NCBI RefSeq assembly: GCF_001194135.2 | Contig: NC_068983.1 | Coordinates: 154,582,549 to 154,646,297, forward strand | Direction: 5' to 3' | Length of the DNA: 63,749 nt | Origin: Octopus bimaculoides | Lineage: Eukaryota | Notes under the pieces: generated by a model | Told to the model about the DNA's origin: nothing | The model's database searches: none | Seen by the model: the letters and a program-made list of their open reading frames with translations, nothing else | In this document: piece after piece, positions 36,387-48,905 of the stretch | Numbering within the stretch: the first letter of the stretch is position 1 | How the letters are laid out: each line of letters starts with the position of its first letter | Made by a program: the position numbers and the translations under genes

Positions 36387-37125
36387 NNNNNNNNNNNNNN
36401 NNNNNNNNNNNNNNNNNNNNNNNNNNNNNNNNNNNNNNNNNNNNNNNNNNNNNNNNNNNNNNNNNNNNNNNNNNNNNNNNNNNNNNNNNNNNNNNNNNNN
36501 NNNNNNNNNNNNNNNNNNNNNNNNNNNNNNNNNNNNNNNNNNNNNNNNNNNNNNNNNNNNNNNNNNNNNNNNNNNNNNNNNNNNNNNNNNNNNNNNNNNN
36601 NNNNNNNNNNNNNNNNNNNNNNNNNNNNNNNNNNNNNNNNNNNNNNNNNNNNNNNNNNNNNNNNNNNNNNNNNNNNNNNNNNNNNNNNNNNNNNNNNNNN
36701 NNNNNNNNNNNNNNNNNNNNNNNNNNNNNNNNNNNNNNNNNNNNNNNNNNNNNNNNNNNNNNNNNNNNNNNNNNNNNNNNNNNNNNNNNNNNNNNNNNNN
36801 NNNNNNNNNNNNNNNNNNNNNNNNNNNNNNNNNNNNNNNNNNNNNNNNNNNNNNNNNNNNNNNNNNNNNNNNNNNNNNNNNNNNNNNNNNNNNNNNNNNN
36901 NNNNNNNNNNNNNNNNNNNNNNNNNNNNNNNNNNNNNNNNNNNNNNNNNNNNNNNNNNNNNNNNNNNNNNNNNNNNNNNNNNNNNNNNNNNNNNNNNNNN
37001 NNNNNNNNNNNNNNNNNNNNNNNNNNNNNNNNNNNNNNNNNNNNNNNNNNNNNNNNNNNNNNNNNNNNNNNNNNNNNNNNNNNNNNNNNNNNNNNNNNNN
37101 NNNNNNNNNNNNNNNNNNNNNNNNN

Positions 37126-37175
<50 letters not shown>

Positions 37176-37514
37176 CTGCACACACATACATACACACACG
37201 CCAATTTTGAAATCTAAAAAATATTGCACGATTCAGAGAAATGAAAGTAAAAGCAGACACTCATGGGTGACAAATGATATGTTTGCAGTTTCACCATTCA
37301 AAGGACAAATTCACTTTTATGCTAATCATTGTTGAGGCACCGAGAATAAGGATCACCTATTTTAAGGGGAAAATGGAGAAGGGAAAAAATAAGTGCAAAA
37401 GAAAGGAGCAGATAGATTTTTCATGTCCTTTTCACAATTGTTAATGCTTTATTTTTTATTCTAAATTTTACAAGAATGTTTATATATTTTCGGTATCGTT
37501 TTGATTATGTATAG

Positions 37515-37529
37515 CACACACACGCACGC

Positions 37530-37560
<31 letters not shown>

Positions 37561-37815
37561 AACACACGCGCGCACACACGCGCACGCACACACCACTCAC
37601 TCACTCACACGCACACACACTCACACACACACATATATGTGTCTGTGTATATATATATTTATACACAGTGTGTATAATATATACAGAGAGAGGGGAAGGA
37701 GAGGGGAGAGAGAGGGGGAGAGGAGGAGGAAGAGAGAGGGAGAGAGAGATAGGGGAAAGAGAGAGGGAGAGATTGGAAGGAGAGAGAGATAGGGGAAAGA
37801 GAGAGAGAGAGAGAA
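37515..37815. repeat. (CA)n tract followed by a GA-rich polypurine tract
   Basis: Direct reading of the sequence. Confidence 0.9.
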
Positions 37816-38699
37816 TTTCAGAATTTGCAATGTTAAAATTTGTACATAGACTAGGATGATAAAAAGGCATAAATATCTTGTAAAATGTTTTTAAAAATTA
37901 ACAATTGTAGGACGTTTATGCGAAAACATTAAACAGTCCATTGCTCATATGTCTATATCTTTTTATTGTTTCTTTTATTTTTCACAAGTGCCTTCTTTAC
38001 TCTTATCTATAATTTTATTCCTCTTTCTAAACCTGCATGAGCGTAGACAGGCGTACGAATATGCATTTGTCGACGCTATATAATTTGACATTCATACAGC
38101 TTTTGAATATTGCATTGAAGAGATATTCCCTCCGATAACATATTTTAACCTCGAAGCGTCGAAATACATTCATGGATTAATTCTGCATTCATGGATAAAT
38201 TCTGCATTCATGAGGCAAACATCATCATAAGAGTTTGAAAGGAGCTGTCAGAAAGTATTCCCTGATTAATGGTTAAGGATATATACGCAGTGAAGTTGCA
38301 CAGTTCTGCAGCTACAGATCATCAAATGAAAGGCTTTATGTTCATTAATAGAAAATCATGCCTGGCTATGTTGTCAGAAACCCTCAAATTGATCATATAT
38401 AGACAGCTGTCTATTTCGAAATACCTTTGCAAACCAGAAACAATATCTGATACAAAAAAAAAGAGCTACAAGATATGGGCTACGATAATTTACCTAGATG
38501 CAACAAATGATGCAGATCATCATTAACTGTTGTTCGGGAATTCAGCACGGTAATACTTGATGTACTACTCAAACATTATGCAATGCGAGAGAAAAACAAG
38601 TGTGCACAGTTGTAAAAAAAACATCTTAATAGTAACTTCAGGGCTCTGAAATGTCTACTTCAGCACAACGATGAGAAAACTGAATTTTTGTTAAATGCC

Positions 38700-39540
38700 T
38701 GCGACGTCATGCTTTATTTTGCGACCGACGTAATCAACCGACGGATAACTTGAATAACTATGACAACTTTGGGTTTAAAACTATTGATATACGACCACCT
38801 GACTCAATGCCTTCATTTTTAAAAATGGTCTTTACTCTGTAAACATAAAATTCTACATGGTTTGATATTCATGATATAATGGAATTGTATCTCTTAGGCC
38901 TAAGAACCTCTAATTTTCACTGAAAGATTTATGTTGTAACCCATGTGTACAACCGATGAACCCTACAAAATCTAATAAGACGGATATATATACCCTAGAC
39001 TCTATAGGTTGGTTCGAAAATATGGAGGATAAAAATAGAACTAGATTCTTCCAATTCGACATCAACAACTATTATTCTTCCATTACACAACCCCGTACTC
39101 TTGAATATTCTAGAATATGTTAAACTATTCCTGGAAAACAGTAACCTGAGCTACAAGATATTCACCATGATAAAAAAAATATTAGAATAATTTGAAGAAT
39201 ATTTCTAGATAAAAAAATATCCAATCCTCCTCGTTTATTTACGTATGAAGGGCAATTCAACATCTATTTTATTTATGTATGAATACAATTCAGCATCATG
39301 CAATGGAAGATTCACGGTGGTGACAGAACTATTTGTGTCAAAAGGATAGATTGATTAAAATGAAAAATGATAAGTCTGCACCTTAGACAGGATTTTAAAA
39401 ATACTAATAGATAAGGCTTTATGAATCACTGTATTAGATGAATAAATTTAAGACTATCACCAAGAATTTAGTTCAAAATATAACATATAAAATTTCAACA
39501 ATTTCTATTAATGAGCATATCTCTGACAATCACACCACTT
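38700..39540 (+). mobile_element. Penelope-like element reverse-transcriptase remnant
   Basis: YDNFGFKTIDIRPP (38760-38800), IGWFENMEDKNRTRFFQFDINNYYSSIT (39004-39086; resembles FxQFDIxxFYPSI) and TITKNLVQNITYKISTISINEHI (~39455-39525). Many stops and deletions. Confidence 0.7.
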
Positions 39541-39865
39541 ACTGAAACGAGGTAATGAGACGAAACGTCTTCTATGAAAATATATCATATCTACCAAGTA
39601 CTTGGCGAAGACAGAAACGGAAGCGGGAAAGGCGGAGAAAAATTAGCGTGCTATAATCCGCTGCATAACTGCGAAGCTTTGCAACACAGCTTACCAGAAC
39701 AGTCTTCTTTCTTCTTGACAAGCATTTCTCTTCTCCCAGTATTGGTACAGTAATATTTTCAACAGTAATGCTGTAAAACACTCCCACTTTACAACGACTT
39801 ATATATTGCTTTATCCAGTGGAGTTAAATTTAGCTCAGCAAAAATGATGATACATATTACAATAA

Positions 39866-40775
39866 CAGTTTCATATTTTGTAACAAGGCCAGCAATTTCA
39901 TGGGAGGTGGCAAGCCGATCACATTAATTCCAGTGTCCATATTTTATCTGTTCAAGAGGATGAAAGGCTAGCTCTGCCTCGCTGGAATTTGAACTCAGAA
40001 CGTAAAGACGGACCAAATACCTCTAAGCATGCCCGGCATGTTAACGATTCTGCCAGCTCGCCGCCTTAATACATATTACAATAATCTTTTTTACTATAGG
40101 CACAAGGCCTGAAATTTTGGGGAGGGAGACAGTCGATCACATCGACCCCACAGTTTCACTGGTACTTAATCTATCAACTCTGAAAGGAAGAAAGGCAAAG
40201 TCGATCACGGCAGAATTTGAAATCAGAACGTAGCGACGAGCGAAATACCGCAAAACATCTCGTCCAGCGTGCTGACGATTCTGCAAGCTCACTGCTTTTG
40301 GTACAGGAGGAATTTCTACCACGTTTCGTGGTTCGCTACCTCAATAACTCCTCTAAATGATTCAGTGGCTAAGGACATCATCAGGAATAATAATAACCAC
40401 AGTAACAAAATGAACGATATTACTAATAGGAAGAATAGTAATAATCATTTCTACTGGTGGCACAGGGCCTGAAATTTGGGGGGAGGAGAGAAGTCGATTA
40501 CATCGATCCCAGTGTTTCACTGGTACTTAACTTATCGACTCCGAAAGGATGAAAGGCAAAGTTGACCTGGGTGGAATTTGAACTCAGAACGTAGCGGCAG
40601 ACGAAATACCGCTAAGCATTTCACCCGTCATGCTAAAGATTCGGCCAGCTCACTGCCTGAAGAAGAATAGTTATAATCTTTTCTACTAAAGGCACACGAC
40701 CAGGAATTTGGGGTGGGGACAGTCGTTAACATCGACCCCAGTGTTTTAATGGTACTTAGTTTATCGATCCCGAAA
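39866..40775 (-). mobile_element. Stack of four SINE-B copies
   Basis: Copies at ~39880-40068, 40086-40295, 40450-40657 and 40677-40775. The first is flanked by the 15-bp TSD TACATATTACAATAA (39851-39865, 40070-40084). Confidence 0.88.
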
Positions 40776-41656
40776 GAAAAACAGTAACAATAACATGACC
40801 AACAATCATCCAGCCATAGCAACAGATATTGCTACGTAAGTAGTAATATCATCCCTAGCACTGACAATGGATGTACTGATAGCCGTACCATTGTTAACAA
40901 TGGGAATAGGAACATAATTTCCGTTAAGAACAGCAAAATAATTAAGGATAGAAATAACATCTGACCTAAAAATAATGCAACCGCACCAGTATAGGTCACG
41001 ATCCACTTACCTCTAATTGCCTTGGTTTAACAGTAAGCATAACGTTACTTACCAATGTACAGTTATAGCAAATAACACCGACAACGCATAGATAAGTCTC
41101 AATGCCAAAAACTTCAAGATCTGTTGCGGTTAGCATCAACATTCCTTCCGTAACCCAATGCAAGGAAATACTATCCTGTTATCTTTACTATCCAGTTCTT
41201 CTGATTTCCAGTTATATTTGGTGACTCTAAGAAAACAGAGTACAGCACGACCTCTTTTCGCAGATCCTAGCAAGAGCTGCCCCTTACTTAGAGAGCAGGA
41301 AACCTTGTAATTTTGACATACAATCTAAATCTTCGTTTCTAAGATTTCACTCCGAAACGAAAATCATACAAAGCGATTTTCTGCAAAATTTTATAAGTCT
41401 TGCAACGATTTATAAATCTTTTCTGAACCATATATCTTCAGTTACAATGAAGAATCGGTGGCTTTCAGTTATCCCATTCACTCTCTAATTTCAACTGCTA
41501 CTATAGCTCTTACACAACTCATTATTTTCCATTTATTACGCCTCCTCCCCCTTCATTCCTCTCTATATTTCCTTACTCCATTTATCTCAAATCCCTATGG
41601 CTTCTATCTTTCCTTTTTAAACCCTCACTGTATCTTATTCACAATAAGACAATATG

Positions 41657-42159
41657 TTGTTGTTGTTGGCANNNNNNNNNNNNNNNNNNNNNNNNNNNNN
41701 NNNNNNNNNNNNNNNNNNNNNNNNNNNNNNNNNNNNNNNNNNNNNNNNNNNNNNNNNNNNNNNNNNNNNNNNNNNNNNNNNNNNNNNNNNNNNNNNNNNN
41801 NNNNNNNNNNNNNNNNNNNNNNNNNNNNNNNNNNNNNNNNNNNNNNNNNNNNNNNNNNNNNNNNNNNNNNNNNNNNNNNNNNNNNNNNNNNNNNNNNNNN
41901 NNNNNGCGATATTCAGCGTGACTCAGAGTGTGACAAGGCTGACCCTTTGAATTACAGGCACAACAGAAACAGGAAGTAAGAGTGAGAGAAAGTTGTGTTG
42001 AAAGAGTACAGCAAGGTTCGCTACCATCCCCTGCCGGAGCCCCATGGAGTTTAGGTGTTTTCGCTCAATAAACACTCACAACGCCCGATCTGGGAATCGA
42101 AACCGCGATCCTCTGACCGCGAGTCCGCTGCCCTAACCACTGGGTCATTGCGCCTCCAC
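41657..42159 (-). mobile_element. SINE-A with TSD (middle in N gap)
   Basis: (GTT)n tail at 41657, head ends at 42159. TSD AAGACAATATGT on both sides. Confidence 0.88.
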
Positions 42160-43183
42160 AAGACAATATGTAATATTCTTTTAATTGTTGATGTTTCTCC
42201 CGACTACATCACAAGGACATACAATAATCGCAATAGTGTATTTTTATAGATATCAATCCCAACTAAATAAAGCCGGCAGACCAGAATCGCTTCTTAACAG
42301 AAATTTTAACAACCAATGGTTTTTCTATCCATGTCTTCTTTCTTCCTTCTCTCTTCAACTTAACCTCATATATATTTATCCATCTACCTCATCGTGCCCA
42401 CTGATAAGATAAAATGAGCTAGAACAATAAATATCACGAATCGGTTCCAAACCATTACATCATAGTGGCAATATTGTAAGTGTAATAAAAATAATTATGT
42501 AACTATATCGCTGAGTATCATAATTTATAATCATTATCATGGTTATTGTTAATTTCCTTTTTATTAACGTATGAAATACTGTTACATTTTCTTCCAACAC
42601 ATAGTTATGGACAATATTACTTTGTGTCATGGGTTTCATGTCCGCTTTTTCCCAGCAACGATTATTTGTTTTGGAATGAGACCGTTCTGAGATATTAATG
42701 ATAACCATAGTGGGAATATTTTATTATCTACCAACAACGATAACGGTAGGTAAAGTTGACACTAGTAATATTACTGCAGAGGGCGTCCTATTAATTTAGT
42801 TTATTCATTTATCTAATTTTCTTGCCATTCTGTTACGTATCGCTGGATACTATATCACTAACTAAATACATTAATTTCCTTTACCCCAGCTATCAACGAT
42901 ACGGATGTTGTCCACATTGTTTGCATAGGACCCAATCACATCCCGTTACTTTCCACTCTACAATAACTGGGCTTTACAAAAGAAGCGAGATCCTTTCATC
43001 TGTACTCAAATAAACGTCCTAATGGCTTAAATCGATTTAACACCTATCACACATATTTCGGATTAATGTACATAGACCGACTTTGTCCAATCTGCCTTAT
43101 TTATTTTTCTGTCGCTTTTAGTTCCATACAAGATCGTTTAAAACGTGTTTTTTTCTATACGTTACTCTGATCTCTTATATAAT

Positions 43184-43400
43184 CCTTTCTACTATAGGCA
43201 CAAGGCCTGAAATTTTGGCAGGAAGGAGTTAGTCGATTACATCGATTCCAGTGTTTCACTGGTAATAATTTTATCAGCCCCGTAAAGATGAAAGGCCGAG
43301 TCGACTTCGGTGGAATTTGAACTCAGAACGTCATTAGACGGACGAAATACCGCTAAGCATTTTTCGCGGTGAGCAAGCGATTCTGCCAGCTCGCCGTCTT
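43184..43400 (-). mobile_element. SINE-B, full length, 18-bp TSD
   Basis: TCTGATCTCTTATATAAT at 43166-43183 and 43401-43418. Confidence 0.92.
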
Positions 43401-43864
43401 TCTGATCTCTTATATAATGCTAGATAGTTCTAATTCCACTCGACTCTAACCACGTTAATAAACTGTAAACATTTATTTGCATATACACAAATCATTTACG
43501 ATTATAACAATAGTTTACTCCCAACTGTCTTCCGGTTAGAGTGAACTACCACAGAACATGATTAATATACACTTATTTCTTGTTAATTTCTTCTCTGCCA
43601 AGTCTCCGTTAGGTAATCATCTCCCAACCACCCTATGCTCGGCCTAATTTTGCATTAAAAGCTACTAGTGTTCTCGTTACTATATTTTCTTTTTCGTTAA
43701 GCTTTAATTTCCTTAAAACAGTCATAAGATTTATCTTCTCTCGACTACACTACATGGGGTGGAAATGAATTGTATGTAGAAACAAAAAGAAAGAGAAGAC
43801 TTAAACACGTAGATACAAACAGAAACATTGTTAGTTAAAAAGAAATGCACACAACCACATGCGT

Positions 43865-43867
<3 letters not shown>

Positions 43868-43929
<62 letters not shown>
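43868..43929. repeat. (GATA)n microsatellite
   Basis: Direct reading of the sequence. Confidence 0.97.
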
Positions 43930-43930
<1 letters not shown>

Positions 43931-45330
43931 TTGGCCTCAATTCTAGAACCGCGAATCTATTTGACAGCACGCTGTGAAAAACTACATTTGGAAGTATTTT
44001 TCTGTGTTGCTGGGTGTATACGCAGTTGTATAATTTACTTTATCCTTTTATTGCATACACATCTATATATATACGTATCTATATATATATAGATATATAT
44101 GTATTTTGTGTGTATGTACATATATATTATATATGTATATGTGTGTGTGTGTGTGTGTATGTGTGTGTGTGTGTGTGTCTGTGTACATATATATATGTTT
44201 GTGTATGTATGTATGTATGTATGTATGTATGCATGTATGCGTTTGTGTGTGTATGTGTGAGAGAGAGAGAGAGATTAATTCACCTTGGCAAATGACAGGC
44301 GTTATTTTCTTTTCATTATTCAAAAGACTCCCGCCGTCTCTTGTGTAGATCTCTATGTGTTCCAAACTAGTTAAGTCTTCTGTACGTTGTCCTTTCTTAC
44401 TCACCGCAGGACATTTGAGGAAAAAATGACCAAGATAGATTATATGACTTCTACGAACTAATATTCGCTAAGTATCCATAGCTACTTAACTGTAGACACC
44501 TAGCAACGTGTGTGTGTGTGTGTGCGTGTGCGTGTGTGTGTGTGTGTGTTTGTGCATGCGTGTGTGGGGAGACTGCATGTATACAATACATGTTATGCAT
44601 ACATCCATAATCCCGTCTTTCAAAAACCGCTGAATTGTAGCGAGAAGAGACTTGAAAAGTCTCGTATAAAATAGTTCCTCGTCTTACCCATACTAACCTA
44701 GAATGAGAACGTTAAAGGAACGAAGCATCCATGAAACTATAATGTATAATTACTATTTTTATTAGTATTATTGTTGCCGTTGTTATAATTATTATTGCAG
44801 TTGTTATTGTTTATCTTATCATTATTATTAATATATTTTCGTCCTTTTATTAATATATACGAAATATTTCGATGATTATATTTTTCATTATTCCTTTTTA
44901 TGATTCTTTTTGCCATTAAAATCATTTCATTATTACTCATTATCATTTTTTCATTAAAATCATTTCATTATTTTCCATTTGATTTTCAATATCATATTTT
45001 ATACGCTCACTGATATTTTATTTTTATTGCTTTCTCATTTCCATATCTACCTTTACAATCATTGCTTTTCCTGTGCCTCCATTCACACCTTGCGTACAAC
45101 ATTTTCTAATCTTTATATAATTTCCCCAACCCCTTTCTTCATTATAATAATAATTACGATTACTATGTTTTTAATTTTTTTTTATGTCTTAATTTCTCAA
45201 TTCTAAAATTCTTTATCATTAATTCTTATTTTGTATATTAATTAGAATGTTAAATTTATCGTCTAAATTTAAATTCATTTTATAATTCTCATACATCGAG
45301 ACAAACATATAAACAAATAAGCAGAAATAT

Positions 45331-45713
45331 GGCTGGCATTCCGTCGCTTACAACGTCGAGGGTTCCAGTTGATCCGATCAACGGAACAGCCTGCTCGTGA
45401 AATTAACGTGCAAGTGGCTGAGCACTCCACAGACACGTGTACCCTTAACGTAGTTCTCGGGGATATTCAGCGTGACACAGTGTAACAAGGCTGACCCTTT
45501 GAATTACAGGCACAACAGAAACAGGAAGTAAGAGTGAGAGAAAGTTGTGGTGGAAGAGTACAGCAGGGTTCGCCACCATCTCCTGCCGGAGCCTCGTGGA
45601 GCTTTTAGGTGTTTTCGCTCAATAAACACTCACAACGCCCGGTCTGGGAATCGAAACCGCGTTCCTATGACCGCGAGTCCGCTGCCCTAACCATTGGGCC
45701 ATTGCGCCTCCAC
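45331..45713 (-). mobile_element. SINE-A, full length, 12-bp TSD
   Basis: AAGCAGAAATAT at 45319-45330 and 45714-45725; reverse complement of the 62677-63057 consensus. Confidence 0.93.
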
Positions 45714-45786
45714 AAGCAGAAATATAGAGAGACAGCTAAACATATAGTCAGAGAGATGTAGACAGATATGCAGATATCTGCATATA

Positions 45787-45968
45787 CGAGGAGGTGCTGA
45801 AAAGTTCACAGCTTTAAGAGTATCGTGAAAGGCCTAGCCTTATGAGTTCCTTTACAAAGCTTAGCAAATCTGAAGGGCCGCTGCAATAAGTGTGCGAATC
45901 TGAGAGTTGAATTTGTTGAATAAAATCATAATTAACTGATCCTCTTGTATTCCCTTTTACTCAAAGCT
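45787..45968. mobile_element. Mariner-derived MITE, second copy, right TIR truncated
   Basis: TACGAGGAGGTGCTGAAAAGTTC...GCTGCAATAAGTGTGCGAATCTGAGAG...GAATAAAATCATAATTAACTGATC; homologous to 21246-21461. Confidence 0.7.
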
Positions 45969-46492
45969 CTGTGTGGGGTGCGTGCACATGCGTGTGTGTA
46001 GATGTGCGTATGTGTATTCACATGCGTGTGTGTGTGAGTGTGTCTGAGTGTGTAACCATTATAGTGTGCATTCCTCTCCAAGTATCGGCTACCAAATGTC
46101 ATTATACATCAAGACTTCTGTTACTGGATATACAATTTGATATTGTTGTAAATATCACCTTCCAGTTACTCCAAATCACACAAGCAAGTTTGAAATGTAC
46201 TTCGCAAAAATTGGAGCTCCAAACTGAAGCAACAAATCACTGTAGTCCTTTTGGGTGACTTTAGCTTCCCCGATATGTAATGACCCGAGTGCATCACTGC
46301 TCCCAACTATGGTCACCACATAGCGTAAAATTAACGGCAGAATTTGAGGTAATCCAGTGAATTTACACAAAGAAAATCGTCTCAATGCAACGTGCCAGCT
46401 ACTTGGAAAAGCTTGAAAGGTTACGACTAAACTCCATTCCCTGGAACGTATGTGGGATAAGCGGTAATATATTGGAGATAAGCGGTAATATA

Positions 46493-47840
46493 TTGGGTTG
46501 GCAACTAAATTCCCTCCATTTTTATTATTTAAACTTTTTAAAAGGTTTTTTAAAAAATAACAAACAATTAATCAATAATGTATTCACACTTGTTGTTTAC
46601 AATTTCTTCCTAAGGTTCAACAAGATTTTCAATACCTCGTTAGTAGAAATCACCCGATTTCGACTCGAAAAATTGATCCAATCAAGCTCTCAATTCTGCA
46701 TCAGTATTGAACGAAACTCCGCGCATAGCATTTGGAAGAGATCGAAAGAGATGGAAATCCGTTGGTGCCAAATCAGGAGAGCACGGCGGGTTGGCAGCAC
46801 TTCCCAGCCATGCGTCTGAATGGCTTCCTTGNNNNNNNNNNNNNNNNNNNNNNNNNNNNNNNNNNNNNNNNNNNNNNNNNNNNNNNNNNNNNNNNNNNNN
46901 NNNNNNNNNNNNNNNNNNNNNNNNNNNNNNNNNNNNNNNNNNNNNNNNNNNNNNNNNNNNNNNNNNNNNNNNNNNNNNNNNNNNNNNNNNNNNNNNNNNN
47001 NNNNNNNNNNNNNNNNNNNNNNNNNNNNNNNNNNNNNNNNNNNNNNNNNNNNNNNNNNNNNNNNNNNNNNNNNNNNNNNNNNNNNNNNNNNNNNNNNNNN
47101 NNNNNNNNNNNNNNNNNNNNNNNNNNNNNNNNNNNNNNNNNNNNNNNNNNNNNNNNNNNNNNNNNNNNNNNNNNNNNNNNNNNNNNNNNNNNNNNNNNNN
47201 NNNNNNNNNNNNNNNNNNNNNNNNNNNNNNNNNNNNNNNNNNNNNNNNNNNNNNNNNNNNNNNNNNNNNNNNNNNNNNNNNNNNNNNNNNNNNNNNNNNN
47301 NNNNNNNNNNNNNNNNNNNNNNNNNNNNNNNNNNNNNNNNNNNNNNNNNNNNNNNNNNNNNNNNNNNNNNNNNNNNNNNNNNNNNNNNNNNNNNNNNNNN
47401 NNNNNNNNNNNNNNNNNNNNNNNNNNNNNNNNNNNNNNNNNNNNNNNNNNNNNNNNNNNNNNNNNNNNNNNNNNNNNNNNNNNNNNNNNNNNNNNNNNNN
47501 NNNNNNNNNNNNNNTTGAACTTGGCATACCAATCACGAGTGGTTCTTTTTAGCACCCTTTCCATACACAGCACAAATGTCGCGAACAGCTTTTGCGGCCT
47601 TAGAACCTTGATTAAAAGCAAAAAGAAGGAGGTATTGAAAATGCTCGTTTTTTCTTAAATTGACATTTCATTTTAATGATCTGAAAATAAACAAAATTTA
47701 ACTAAAATTAACTAGAAAAAAATATAGATTCCAAGATGATTCAAAAATAGAATTCTCGAAAAAAATAGATTCCAAAATTTAAAAACGCAATAAATTCCAA
47801 AATCTAAAAAAAAACGGCGGGAACTTAGTTGCCAACCCAA
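46493..47840 (-). mobile_element. Mariner (DD34D) DNA transposon, both TIRs present, centre in N gap
   Basis: ~30-bp TIRs starting TTGGGTTGGCAACTAA, TA dinucleotide on both sides, 1348-bp span. Frameshifted transposase pieces KNEHFR...TTRDWYAKF and KEAIQTHGWEVLP / PPCSPDLAPTDFHLFRSL.NAMRG. Confidence 0.93.
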
Positions 47841-47879
47841 TACATCTGGAAACTTCTGGGAACACTTTGCCAAACAGTG

Positions 47880-48030
47880 GCATTGAAACTTACACAAACA
47901 GTAGAACGGGTTACCACTTCATAGTGCCAAAGATCCCAACATCGCCATCATGATACAGGACCAGATACTGCAAGAACTTGGATTTCAAGGGCCCACTGCT
48001 CTTCAATGTATTCCCAAGCATTGATTAGAC
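47880..48030 (+). mobile_element. CR1-group LINE ORF2 3' fragment
   Basis: IETYTNSRTGYHFIVPKIPT...RTRYCKNLDFKGPLLFNVFP; related to 62080-62310. Confidence 0.65.
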
Positions 48031-48366
48031 CCGGCCGCCATCGAATCTATCCAATGTTTATTTGCTTCCATAACTGGTTGCATATTTTGGTAAACTACAT
48101 CTGCCAACAGTATGAAGTAACTCCGAACCCCCAGGAACATCTGTCAGAACTTCACCTCTTCATTTTTGTGTCTTTGTAATCTGTGTAATTTTGTTCTGTT
48201 AATATATAAATATCTATATATTTATACTAGAATACTCATCGTCTGAGCATTTTCAGTCTCTGCTTTCTCACTATTTACCTGTAGTTTGCTTGAGGCGTTG
48301 TTATATCGAAGAAGATAAAAAGAGAGAAAATAGAAAGCTTCTAACAATGTGAAAAGTTTAATAAAA

Positions 48367-48404
48367 CCTTTATATTTCAGGCGGAAAGGCCCATCTTCAG
48401 AAGA
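48367..48404 (-). ncRNA. Minimal hammerhead ribozyme motif with intact core
   Basis: Minus strand TCTT-CTGAAGA-T-GGGC-CTTTCC-GCCT-GAAA-TATA/AAGG: stem I TCTT/AAGG, stem II GGGC/GCCT, palindromic ATAT stem III, AUA cleavage triplet. Confidence 0.7.
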
Positions 48405-48564
48405 AAAGTCCAGTAATGTAGATTCTGTTAATTCATTCAGATTCCCTGGCGTTTTGTAACAGCAGCATTCCAAACGCAGGTGTAATTGGCGTTCCACGCG
48501 TTGATGTGAACAGACTCCCAACTGTTGCTATAAGCTACTCACCATCTGTGGCGTAACGGCGTTA

Positions 48565-48597
<33 letters not shown>
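48565..48597. repeat. (TAG)n microsatellite between two inverted pLTR-like segments
   Basis: Direct reading of the sequence. Confidence 0.95.
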
Positions 48598-48600
<3 letters not shown>

Positions 48601-48867
48601 CAGTTGCCCTCTAAGTGTTGCCGGCTGTCCGAGTGTTGGTGTAAGAAAATCTCAGCTGCTGTTGTAGGCCATTCACCATCTGTTGGATACTGTCATAAGA
48701 GCCACCGGCTCAACTCCGATCGACTGTTAATATTCAGGTTGAGGTGGTGGATCAGCAGAGCCTCTTTTATAAGTAAATCGCCGGTGTTCCTCTCCGAGGC
48801 TGGTATGGAGGCGTCCATTTGAATGGGTTTCTGGAACCTACATAACTAGACTTCTCTCAGACTGTTT

Positions 48868-48905
48868 TCTTCTGAAGATGGGTGTTTCCGCCTAAAATAT
48901 AAAGG
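48868..48905 (+). ncRNA. Minimal hammerhead motif, G12A-mutated copy
   Basis: TCTT-CTGAAGA-T-GGGT-GTTTCC-GCCT-AAAA-TATA/AAGG. Homologous to 48367-48404, including ~50 bp downstream. Confidence 0.6.
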
